This document shows, in pieces, positions 1-8,679 of a DNA stretch of 64,000 nt. Position 1 is the first letter of the stretch. The number at the start of each line of letters is the position of its first letter. The position numbers were made by a program, and so were the translations under genes. Below the pieces are notes generated by a model, which saw nothing but the letters and a program-made list of their open reading frames with translations, was not told the DNA's origin and did not search any database. Source of the stretch: Deltaproteobacteria bacterium. GTDB lineage: Bacteria > Myxococcota_A > UBA9160 > SZUA-336. The stretch covers positions 12,897-76,896 of the forward strand of contig SMWZ01000029.1 of assembly GCA_004356455.1 (NCBI GenBank). Direction: 5' to 3'.

Positions 1-238
1 GCGCGTAACGCGCGAGGCCTACGGCGACCCCACGACCGAGGACGAGCGCTGGCTGGTGGTGGACCTCAAGCCGCTGAGAGCGTTCGAGCGCTCGGTCTTG
101 CTGGCCGAGATCAAATCAGAGCCGGTCCTCAAGAACCTGCCGCTGGTCCGCCAGTCGCGCCTCTCGGTGATGCCGGTCGAGCGGCCGCACTTCGAGCACA
201 TCCTGCGCATGGGAAAGACGCGCCTGCCGAGGCGCTGA
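1..238 (+). CDS. EVE (PUA-like) domain protein, C-terminal part; the 5' end lies outside the window
   Basis: Open frame from position 2. C-terminal motif ...ERWLVVDLKPLRAFERSVLL...LVRQSRLSVMPV...FEHIL is typical of EVE-domain proteins. Confidence 0.5.
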   Translation, partial: RVTREAYGDPTTEDERWLVVDLKPLRAFERSVLLAEIKSEPVLKNLPLVRQSRLSVMPVERPHFEHILRMGKTRLPRR

Positions 239-242
239 GCGC

Positions 243-905
243 TCAACGCGGGTTGAGCGCGCGGTAGAGCGAGAGCGTTCCGAAGAGCGTCATCTCGCGC
301 TGCGTCTCCTCCACCGACTCGAAGCCGGCCTCCTCCAGCAGTGGAATCAGCCGACCTTCGACGTTGTCGCTGGTGCTCTCGAAGCCGTCGAGCAGCTGCA
401 CGCTCAGGAATGCGAGACGCATGAGGGTGTTCTGCGCCTGGCCCCAGTCAGCAATGTGGAGCTCGCCGTCGGGTTTCAAGAGCTCCCGCAGCTTCGAGAA
501 GGTCCTCCGCTTGTCCACGCGACTCAGGTGATGCAGCACGAGACTCGAGACCACGCGATCGAAGGAGTTCGCGTCGAAGGGCGGTGCGAACGCCATGCCC
601 TGAAAGAGCTCGACCCGTACGCCCGCGCTGGCGATCTTCCGGCGCGCGATCTCGATCACCTCCGGGTCCGCATCCAGACCCACGACCTCCGCCTGGGGAC
701 AGGCGCGAGCGAGCATGACGGTGAGCGTGCCCGTCCCGCAGCCTAGGTCCAGCACGCGCTGATCGGGCTCGATCCCCGCTTGCTGCACCAGCAGACCCTT
801 GAACTTCTTCTCCTTCAGCGTTGCGCGCAGAACGGGATCGTAGAGCCGGGTCAGCCAGCGAAAGCCGAGCGCAGGTGTGAAGTCGGAGGACGAACCTTCA
901 CGCAT
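243..905 (-). CDS. class I SAM-dependent methyltransferase (UbiE/COQ5-like)
   Basis: 220 aa with the glycine-rich SAM-binding motif VLDLGCGTGTLTVMLA. Confidence 0.8.
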   Translation of the reverse strand: MREGSSSDFTPALGFRWLTRLYDPVLRATLKEKKFKGLLVQQAGIEPDQRVLDLGCGTGTLTVMLARACPQAEVVGLDADPEVIEIARRKIASAGVRVELFQGMAFAPPFDANSFDRVVSSLVLHHLSRVDKRRTFSKLRELLKPDGELHIADWGQAQNTLMRLAFLSVQLLDGFESTSDNVEGRLIPLLEEAGFESVEETQREMTLFGTLSLYRALNPR

Positions 906-1082
906 CGGTGGTGGTGATCCTGTTCATGATGTTCTGCTACGGAGCCTAGCCCTTCAGGCTGACTAGCATCGGAACCGATTGTAACTCTAGACCTTAGGCT
1001 AGAGGCCAGGGTCTGTGGGATACGCCCACGCGATCCGCTATAGTTGCGACGCCTCAGGGTCGACTGGAAACAGGAAGCCGAG

Positions 1083-1436
1083 ATGCGTAATCGAGTACTG
1101 GCGCTGCTGCTGATGATCTTCGTGCCGATCGCTCCCGCGATCTGCGAGGGATCGGCGCCTGAGCCGAAGGCAGCGGTACCACCCTGCCACGCGCATCCGG
1201 CGGCGGCGCCGGATGACCTAGGAGCAGACGACGACGCACAATGCTGCGCAGCGTGCGACGCCTACGTCTCGGGCAAGCTCTCTTCCGAGACGCTGCAGCA
1301 GGTTGCCCTGCTGGTGGCGCCAAGCCAGCTGCAGCTGCGTCTCCCGGCCTGGACCAGCCGTGCGAGCCATACACACCTATCCCCTCTGGACTCCAGCTCA
1401 GCCTACCTGAGACAGAGCTCACCACTCCAGATCTAG
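1083..1436 (+). CDS. small secreted Cys/His-containing protein upstream of the efflux operon (possible CzcI-like periplasmic metal-binding protein)
   Basis: ATG at 1083 with an AGGAAG Shine-Dalgarno 6 nt upstream. Signal-peptide-like N-terminus MRNRVLALLLMIFVPIAPAIC. Motifs CHAHP and CCAACDAY. Same strand and immediately 5' of the OMF-MFP-RND genes. Confidence 0.4.
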   Translation: MRNRVLALLLMIFVPIAPAICEGSAPEPKAAVPPCHAHPAAAPDDLGADDDAQCCAACDAYVSGKLSSETLQQVALLVAPSQLQLRLPAWTSRASHTHLSPLDSSSAYLRQSSPLQI

Positions 1437-1511
1437 AAAGCGGGAGATCCGCTGAACCCGTGCGCCCGCTTGCGGGCGCCGTGATCCCCTTTGCCTGATT
1501 CGGAGTGACAT

Positions 1512-2834
1512 ATGCAAGAAATTTTAGCCTGGAGTGCGCTGGGCGTACTCCAAATCGCCGTGACGCTCAGCGGCTCGCATGCGGCGCGGGCCGTCGAAAC
1601 GGAGCCCGGCCCGGACGCTCCGCTGGCCGCCTATTTCGAGCTCGCGCAGAGGCAAAGCCCGGCCGTCGAGGCCGCACGCCTGCGCTGGGAAGTCGCCCTC
1701 GAGCGCGTGCCACAGGCCGCTGGCTGGCCCGATCCGACGCTGCGCTACGGCTACTTCACGGACGAGGTGGAGACGGCCCTCGGTCCGCAGGAACATCGCA
1801 TCGGTCTGGCGCAGCGTTTCCCCTTCTTCGGGAAGCTCGGGCTGCGGGTCGACAGCGCGGAGCAGGCCGCCCTCAGCGCCTGGCACCGCTACCGCGAGAA
1901 ACGCCTCGCGGTCTTCGAGCACGTGGCCCACGCGTATTACGCCTACGCGTATCTGGCACGCGCGATCGAGGTCACGCATGAGAACCTGACGCTACTCGAG
2001 GGAGTCGAGAACGTCGTCCGTACGCGCTACGCGACGGGTCGCGCGCCCCAGTCCGACCTGCTGCGGGTGCAGGTGGAGGTCGGGACGCTCGAGGATCGCC
2101 TGCGCTCTTTCGAGGAGATGCGAGAGCCCTGGGCCAAGCGCCTGAATGCAGCCCTGGGGCGTGACGTCGACGTCCCCCTGCCCTGGCCCGTGCCCCTGCT
2201 CGATCCGCCGGACGCGCTACCGGATAACGCAACGGTTCTCGAGCACGTGCGAAGCAACAGCCCGGAGCTGCTGGCCCTGCGATTCGAGACTCGAGAGGCG
2301 GACCGCTCCCTGGCCCTGACCCGACGCGACCAGTTTCCGGATATCACCCTGGGGATCGAGAACATTCGAACGTCTCGCTCGGATCTCACGAATTTCAGTG
2401 ATTCTGGCCGCGATGCCTGGATTCTGAGTGTGTCGGTGCCGATCCCCGTTCAGCGGTCCAAGTACCGTGCAGCCATCCGTGAGGCCGACGCGCGGCACCG
2501 CGGCACGCTGGTGACGCAGAGGGATCGCGAGCTGCGGCTCTTAGCGGAGACGGAAGTGCTGCTGTTCGAGCAGCGCGATGCCGAGCGTCGCATCGAGCTC
2601 TATCGCAAGAGCCTTATCCCGCTGGGCCAGCAAGCCTTCAATGCCGCAAACACCAGCTTCGCGACGGGCGCCACGAGCTTCGTCGATACGCTCGATGCCG
2701 AGCGGGTCCTGCTGCAGTTTCAGCTCGAGCTGGCACGGGCGCGTGCGGACCGCGGCCGCGTGACCACCGCGATCCTGGCGCGAATGGGTATGACACCGGA
2801 GGGCGTCGAAGAGCCCGCGGCGGTGGCGCGATGA
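1512..2834 (+). CDS. TolC/CzcC-family outer membrane efflux protein (OMF) of the heavy-metal RND system
   Basis: 440 aa with a signal peptide. GGAG Shine-Dalgarno before ATG 1512. Stop codon overlaps the next start (ATGA). Confidence 0.75.
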   Translation: MQEILAWSALGVLQIAVTLSGSHAARAVETEPGPDAPLAAYFELAQRQSPAVEAARLRWEVALERVPQAAGWPDPTLRYGYFTDEVETALGPQEHRIGLAQRFPFFGKLGLRVDSAEQAALSAWHRYREKRLAVFEHVAHAYYAYAYLARAIEVTHENLTLLEGVENVVRTRYATGRAPQSDLLRVQVEVGTLEDRLRSFEEMREPWAKRLNAALGRDVDVPLPWPVPLLDPPDALPDNATVLEHVRSNSPELLALRFETREADRSLALTRRDQFPDITLGIENIRTSRSDLTNFSDSGRDAWILSVSVPIPVQRSKYRAAIREADARHRGTLVTQRDRELRLLAETEVLLFEQRDAERRIELYRKSLIPLGQQAFNAANTSFATGATSFVDTLDAERVLLQFQLELARARADRGRVTTAILARMGMTPEGVEEPAAVAR

Positions 2835-4159
2835 CCCGCTCACGCGCGCTTGTGGCGGCTCTGGTGCTCGTGCTCGTTGGCTATGCCGTGGGACACGGTT
2901 GCGGAACAGATCGCACCGGGGAGCTGCGCCTTTCAGAGCAGCCTGCGGCGGAGGGCCGGTGGACCTGCTCGATGCATCCACACATCCATGCCGACGAGCC
3001 CGGTCGCTGTCCGCTCTGTGGCATGGAGCTCGTCCCCGTGGAGATGCGGGCGGAGAACTCGGTCGCCGGGCTCGAGATGTCGTACGAGGCCATGAAGCGG
3101 GCCGAGATCCAGACCGTGCTGGTCGAGCGGCGCCCGGTGCACTTCGAGCTGCGCCTGGTCGGCAAGATCGAGCTCGATGAAACACGCGTACGTGAGATTA
3201 CGGCCTGGGTTCCGGGACGGCTGGAGCGTCTCTACGTCGACTTCACCGGCGTGAAGGTGCGTCGCGGGGATCCCCTCGTGCTGCTGTACAGCCCCGAGCT
3301 CGTGAGCGCACAGGAGGAGCTCTTGCAGGCTCGCCGCGCTGAACGCGCGCTCGAGGGCAGCCACTCGGAGCGCATGAGAAGAGGCACACAAGCTACACTC
3401 AAGGCAGCGCGCGAAAAGCTGCGACTGCTCGGGCTCTCCCCGGCACAGATCGCTGAGCTCGAAAAGCGAGGCAAGGCCGAGCATCTCAGCGTGATCGAGT
3501 CGCCCCTTGACGGGGTCGTCCTGCGCAAGCACGCGGTCGAGGGAGCGTACGTCGAGACCGGTAGTCCCATCTACACGGTCGCCGACCTCTCGATCGTATG
3601 GGCCAAGCTCGATGCCTACGAGAGCGACCTTCCCTGGATCGAGCTGGGCCAGGCGGTCACGTTCGAGAGTGACGCGTTTCCCGGCCGACGCTTCCAGGGT
3701 GAGGTCTCGTTCATCGACCCCGTGCTGGACCCACGCACGCGAACCGCCAAGGTCCGTGTGGAGGCCCCGAATCCCGATGGGCTGCTCAAGCCGGAGATGT
3801 TCGTGCATGCAAGCGTGCTTGCGAAAGTACGCGCGCAAGGCGCAGAGCCGCCGCTCGTGATCCCCGCGTCGGCGCCGCTGCTCACCGGACGCCGCGCCAT
3901 TGTCTACGTGCGCTCGCCCGTTAGCGAGCGACCCACCTTCGAGGGACGGGAGGTGGTGCTCGGCCCGCGCGCAGGAGACTTCTACGTGGTCGAGTCCGGC
4001 TTGCACGAGGGCGAACGGGTGGTGACACGGGGTGCCTTCAAGATCGATAGCGCGCTCCAGATCCAGGGTCGGCCGAGCATGATGCTGCCCGAGGGGGGCA
4101 CCCCGGGAGGTGGCGGGCAGCCGCATGGAGAGATGTCGCTGCCGGAGCCCAACCACTGA
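2831..4159 (+). CDS. efflux RND periplasmic adaptor (MFP, CusB/CzcB family) with an N-terminal heavy-metal-binding domain
   Basis: 442 aa. Motif W-T-C-S-M-H-P-H-I-H...GRCPLCGMELVPV matches the YHH/CxxC heavy-metal-binding domain. Biotinyl/lipoyl-like and beta-barrel MFP core. TGATG overlap with the next gene. Confidence 0.8.
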   Translation: MTRSRALVAALVLVLVGYAVGHGCGTDRTGELRLSEQPAAEGRWTCSMHPHIHADEPGRCPLCGMELVPVEMRAENSVAGLEMSYEAMKRAEIQTVLVERRPVHFELRLVGKIELDETRVREITAWVPGRLERLYVDFTGVKVRRGDPLVLLYSPELVSAQEELLQARRAERALEGSHSERMRRGTQATLKAAREKLRLLGLSPAQIAELEKRGKAEHLSVIESPLDGVVLRKHAVEGAYVETGSPIYTVADLSIVWAKLDAYESDLPWIELGQAVTFESDAFPGRRFQGEVSFIDPVLDPRTRTAKVRVEAPNPDGLLKPEMFVHASVLAKVRAQGAEPPLVIPASAPLLTGRRAIVYVRSPVSERPTFEGREVVLGPRAGDFYVVESGLHEGERVVTRGAFKIDSALQIQGRPSMMLPEGGTPGGGGQPHGEMSLPEPNH

Positions 4160-7100
4160 TGCCGGAGGGGGCGCAGAACCACGGGAGCTCGTGGATCGAT
4201 CGCTTGGTCCTCTTCTTTCTCAAGCGGAGGCTCGTTCCCATTCTGCTGCTCGGGGCGTTTCTCTTGTGGGGGGTGATGGTGGCCCCGTTCGATTGGGAGA
4301 TACCCGGTCTGCCGCGCGATCCGGTCCCCGTCGATGCGATCCCCGACATCGGCGAGAACCAGCAGATTGTCTTCACCGACTGGCCGGGCCGGAGCCCGCA
4401 GGACGTGGAGGACCAGATCACCTACCCCCTCACCGTAGCCCTGCTGGGGCTCCCGGGTGTGAAGAGCGTGCGCAGCTTCTCCATGTTCGGCTTCTCCTCG
4501 ATCTACGTGATCTTCGATGAGAGCGTGGAGTTCTACTGGTCCCGCTCCCGCATTCTCGAGAAGCTCTCGAGCCTGCCCTCGCAAACCCTGCCCGAGGGGG
4601 TGAATCCGGCGCTGGGCCCCGACGCAACCCCGCTGGGCCAGGTGTTCTGGTACACGCTCGAGGGCCGCGACCCGCAGGGCGATCCGACCGGAGGCTGGGA
4701 CCTGGAGGAGCTGCGCAGCATCCAGGACTGGCAGGTTCGTTACGCGCTTCAGAGCGTCGAGGGGGTGAGCGAGGTGGCCTCGGTGGGCGGCTTCGTGCGC
4801 GAGTATCAGATCGATGCGGACCCGGACGCGATGCACGCCTACGGCGTATCCCTGGCGCAGGTCATCCGCGCCGTGCAGCGTTCGAACGCCGACGTGGGCG
4901 CGCGCAGCATCGAGGTCAATCGAGTCGAGTACGCGATTCGGGGCGTGGGCTTCCTGCGCTCGGTGGAGGACATCGAGGAGACGGCGGTCGCGTTGCACAA
5001 CGACGTACCCGTCCGTATTCGGGACATCGCACACGTAGGCATCGGTCCAGCCCTCCGCCGCGGGGCGCTCGACAAGGGCGGCGCGGAGGCGGTGGGAGGT
5101 GTCGTCGTCGTGCGCTATGGCGCCAATCCTCTGGAAGTGATCGGGCGCCTGAAGGAGAAGATCGCGGAGATCTCGCCCGCTCTGCCGGAAAAGGTGCTCG
5201 CGGATGGGACGCGCTCCCGCGTCAGGATCATCCCGTTCTACGACCGGACGGGCCTCATTCACGAGACGCTGGGCACACTGGAGGAAGCGCTCCGACTCGA
5301 AATCCTGGTGGCCGTACTGGTGGTCCTGGTCTTGGTTCGAAACGTGCGCAGCTCAGGCCTGATCGCGGCGACACTCCCCCTCGCGGTGCTCATGGCCTTC
5401 ATCGGCATGAAGCTCTTCTCGGTCGACGCCAACATCATGGCTCTTTCGGGCATCGCCATTGCGATCGGAACCATGGTCGACATGGGCGTGATCGTGTGCG
5501 AGAACATCGTACGCCACTTACGCGAGTCGGAATCGAGCGAGGATCGGCTCGGCGTGATCTACCGTGCCACCTGCGAGGTGGGGGGCGCGGTAGTCACCGC
5601 CGTCGCCACCACCGTCGTGAGCTTCCTGCCTGTCTTCACGCTGCAGGCTGCGGAGGGCAAACTCTTCCGGCCGCTCGCCTTCACCAAGACCTTCGCCCTG
5701 CTGGCGGCCGTCGTAATCGCGCTCGCGCTGATCCCGACCGCGGCGCACCTGGTTTTTGGCCGCTGGAAGCCTTCTCGATCCCCACGCAGCTGGGGCGAGC
5801 TTCCGTTCCTCGCGCGTTGGCTGCCCGCTCGTCTGCGGCACATCGACGCGCCGATCGCAACGGTACTCGCGGTTCTGGCAGTGGGCGCGCTGCTGGTGTT
5901 CGAGTGGTCGCCCCTCGGTGCCGGGACCGGTGTGCTGCGCAATGTCCTCTTCGTATTGCTCCTGGTTGGCGGACTGCTCTGGGGAGTCCTCGTCTTTCAG
6001 CGCACCTACCCCCGACTCCTGCGCTGGTCTCTGGACCACAAGGGCGCCTTCCTCAGCATCCCGACAGGGATCTTATTTGTCGGGCTGCTCATCTGGTTGG
6101 GGTTCCCACGCGTCTTCGGCTGGCTCCCCGACGTCTTGGAGAAGAGCGCCCCGGGGCGCGCCATCGCCCGCAGCTTCCCCGGCCTCGGTCGCGAGTTCAT
6201 GCCACCTCTCGACGAGGGCAGCTTCCTCTACATGCCCAGCACGATGGCTCACGCTTCGATCGGAGAGGCACTCGACGTGCTCTCGAAGCTTGATATGGCG
6301 ATCGAGTCGATTCCCGAGATCGATATGGTCGTCGGCAAGCTGGGCCGTGTGGAGAGTGCTCTCGACCCCGCGCCCATCTCCATGATGGAGATCGTGGTGC
6401 AGTACAAGCCGGAGTACGGAACCAACGACTCTGGCAAGCGCGTTCGACAGTGGCGCTCGCACATTCGAAATTCGGACGACATCTGGAACGAGATTCTGAG
6501 CGCTGCCCGCCTGCTAGGCACCACCTCGGCTCCCAAGCTTCAGCCCATCGCGACGCGCCTGGTGATGCTGCAGACGGGGATGCGTGCTCCCATGGGACTC
6601 AAGCTCAAGGGGCCCGACCTCAGCTCGCTGGAGCGCGCGGGGGTCGAGGTGGAGCGTGTGCTAAAGTCGATACCGTCGATCAAGGCCTCCACGGTGATCG
6701 CCGATCGCACCGTGGGCAAACCCTACATCGAGCTCCGCATCGATCGCAAGGCGATCGGTCGCTACGGCCTTCACGTGCGCGACGTCCAGGACGTGATCGA
6801 GGTCGCGATCGGAGGCCGACCTCTGACGACCACGGTCGAGGGCCGCGAGCGCTATCCGGTACGCGTTCGCTATCCGCGCGAGCTGCGAGACCGGCTCGAA
6901 AGCCTGGGCGAGATCCTCGTCCCTACCCCGAGCGGCCCACAGGTGCCGCTCACGCAGCTTGTCGATATCGAGTACGTGCGGGGGCCTCAGGTGATCAAGA
7001 GCGAGGATACAGTTCTCGTGAGCTATGTGACCTTCGACATGCAGCCCGGCCAGGCCGAGGTCAACGTCGTGGAAGACGCACGCCGGGCACTCGAGAGTCA

Positions 7101-7764
7101 ACTCGCCTCCGGAGAGCTCAACCTCCCACAGGGGGTAAGCTATTCGTTCGCGGGCACATACGAGAATCAGATCCGCAGCGTCGAGCGGCTGCGCGTGGTC
7201 TTGCCCATCGCGCTGCTCATCATCGTTCTGATCCTCTATTTCCAGTTCAACTCTCTACCCGTAACTCTCATGGTCTTCTCGGGCATTCTAGTCGCGTGGG
7301 CCGGCGGCTTTATCCTGCTCTGGCTCTATGCCGCTCCCTGGTTCCTGGACGTCGGCTTCTTCGGCGCCAACCTGCGCGACGTCTTCCAGATGCATCCGAT
7401 CAACTTGAGCGTCGCCGTCTGGGTGGGCTTCATTGCGTTGTTCGGGATCGCGAGTGACAACGGCGTTCTCATCGCCACCTACCTGGAGCAGACTTTCAAC
7501 GAACAGCGACCGGACGATGTCGCACAGATCCGTCGCAGTGTGGTCATCGCGGGCGAGCGTCGGATCCGCCCGGCGCTGATCACCACCGCGACAACCGTGC
7601 TCGCCTTGCTCCCCGTGTTGACCTCCTCCGGGCGCGGGGCGGACATCATGATTCCGATGGCGGTCCCCATCTTTGGCGGGATGCTCTTCGCTCTGGTCAC
7701 GCTCTCGGTCGTGCCGGTGCTCTACTGCGGCCTGCGCGAGTTCGAGCTGCGGCAGCGAGGCTAG
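4159..7764 (+). CDS. CusA/CzcA-family heavy-metal efflux RND permease, unusually long (1201 aa)
   Basis: Typical HME-RND N-terminus and 12-TM architecture with translational coupling to the adaptor. About 150 extra residues around the TM6-TM7 linker, including 2-3 additional hydrophobic segments. Confidence 0.85.
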   Translation: MPEGAQNHGSSWIDRLVLFFLKRRLVPILLLGAFLLWGVMVAPFDWEIPGLPRDPVPVDAIPDIGENQQIVFTDWPGRSPQDVEDQITYPLTVALLGLPGVKSVRSFSMFGFSSIYVIFDESVEFYWSRSRILEKLSSLPSQTLPEGVNPALGPDATPLGQVFWYTLEGRDPQGDPTGGWDLEELRSIQDWQVRYALQSVEGVSEVASVGGFVREYQIDADPDAMHAYGVSLAQVIRAVQRSNADVGARSIEVNRVEYAIRGVGFLRSVEDIEETAVALHNDVPVRIRDIAHVGIGPALRRGALDKGGAEAVGGVVVVRYGANPLEVIGRLKEKIAEISPALPEKVLADGTRSRVRIIPFYDRTGLIHETLGTLEEALRLEILVAVLVVLVLVRNVRSSGLIAATLPLAVLMAFIGMKLFSVDANIMALSGIAIAIGTMVDMGVIVCENIVRHLRESESSEDRLGVIYRATCEVGGAVVTAVATTVVSFLPVFTLQAAEGKLFRPLAFTKTFALLAAVVIALALIPTAAHLVFGRWKPSRSPRSWGELPFLARWLPARLRHIDAPIATVLAVLAVGALLVFEWSPLGAGTGVLRNVLFVLLLVGGLLWGVLVFQRTYPRLLRWSLDHKGAFLSIPTGILFVGLLIWLGFPRVFGWLPDVLEKSAPGRAIARSFPGLGREFMPPLDEGSFLYMPSTMAHASIGEALDVLSKLDMAIESIPEIDMVVGKLGRVESALDPAPISMMEIVVQYKPEYGTNDSGKRVRQWRSHIRNSDDIWNEILSAARLLGTTSAPKLQPIATRLVMLQTGMRAPMGLKLKGPDLSSLERAGVEVERVLKSIPSIKASTVIADRTVGKPYIELRIDRKAIGRYGLHVRDVQDVIEVAIGGRPLTTTVEGRERYPVRVRYPRELRDRLESLGEILVPTPSGPQVPLTQLVDIEYVRGPQVIKSEDTVLVSYVTFDMQPGQAEVNVVEDARRALESQLASGELNLPQGVSYSFAGTYENQIRSVERLRVVLPIALLIIVLILYFQFNSLPVTLMVFSGILVAWAGGFILLWLYAAPWFLDVGFFGANLRDVFQMHPINLSVAVWVGFIALFGIASDNGVLIATYLEQTFNEQRPDDVAQIRRSVVIAGERRIRPALITTATTVLALLPVLTSSGRGADIMIPMAVPIFGGMLFALVTLSVVPVLYCGLREFELRQRG

Positions 7765-7822
7765 TGTCCTGTCCGGTGGGGCCCGCTTGAGCCCGCCCCA
7801 CGGCTCCGTGTAGGCTACGACC

Positions 7823-8650
7823 GTGAAGTTCGGGATCCACCTGCCCCAATTCGGTCGTATTGCCGGCCCCGAAGCGATCCAGCGTGCCGCGGTCCGGGCC
7901 GAGGAGCTTGGATTCGACGACGTCTGGGCGAGCGACCACCTCGCCGCGCCGGCGCAGGGCGCTTATGTGCCGTCGCATTTCTACGAGCCGATCATCACGC
8001 TCACCTGGGCGGCCGCGATCACCCAGCGGGTGGGAATCGGAACCTCGGTGCTCGTGCTTCCCTACCGCCATCCACTGCACCTGGCCAAGGAGCTCGCCAC
8101 GCTCGACCGCCTCAGCGGGGGGAGGCTCATCGCGGGTGCGGCTGCCGGCTGGCTGGAGGCCGAGTTCGAGGCGCTGGGCGTGCCTTTCTCCGAGCGCGGC
8201 TCCCGCACCGATGAGGCCCTCGACGTGCTTCGCGCCTGCTGGGAGCAGGACCCCGTCAACTTCGAGGGACCTCGGGTGCGGCTGAACAACCTGCGTGTCC
8301 GGCCCCAGCCGGGCCGCCGCATCCCCATCTGGATTGGCGGCGCGTCGGACGCAGCCTTACGCCGCGCTGTGCGCGCAGGCGACGGCTGGCATGGCACCTT
8401 CATGAGCCCCGAGGAGACTCAGCCCATTCTGAGTCGCCTGCGGGCCGAGCGTCCGGAGGAGGACTTCATCCTCTCCATGCGCGTGGCGTGGGACGGACTT
8501 TCCGACGAGAAGGACGATCTGCGCCGGCGTCTGGAACTCTTCCAGAAAATGGGGCTGCAGCATCTCCTGGCCTCTCCCAGCCAGCCCGAGCTCGATCACT
8601 GGCTTGCGTCGATGGAGGTGCTCGCCAAACTATTCTCCGAGTTCCGCTAA
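7823..8650 (+). CDS. LLM-class (luciferase-like) flavin/F420-dependent oxidoreductase
   Basis: 275 aa with a GTG start. TIM-barrel luciferase-like motifs (FDDVWASDH, IGTSVLVLPYRHP). Confidence 0.65.
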   Translation: MKFGIHLPQFGRIAGPEAIQRAAVRAEELGFDDVWASDHLAAPAQGAYVPSHFYEPIITLTWAAAITQRVGIGTSVLVLPYRHPLHLAKELATLDRLSGGRLIAGAAAGWLEAEFEALGVPFSERGSRTDEALDVLRACWEQDPVNFEGPRVRLNNLRVRPQPGRRIPIWIGGASDAALRRAVRAGDGWHGTFMSPEETQPILSRLRAERPEEDFILSMRVAWDGLSDEKDDLRRRLELFQKMGLQHLLASPSQPELDHWLASMEVLAKLFSEFR

Positions 8651-8679
8651 CGCGGACTCACAACGGAGGGAGTCAAAGC

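Noticed and set aside
2933-4156. 407-aa ORF antisense to the RND adaptor gene; similarly 3982-5262(-) antisense to the pump
   Set aside because: High-GC antisense open frames with no domain content. The sense genes have clear homology and translational coupling.
8488-8679. N-terminal extension of the acyl-CoA ligase ORF
   Set aside because: It overlaps the 3' end of the LLM oxidoreductase gene. Conserved acyl-CoA ligase sequence begins at ATG 8680.
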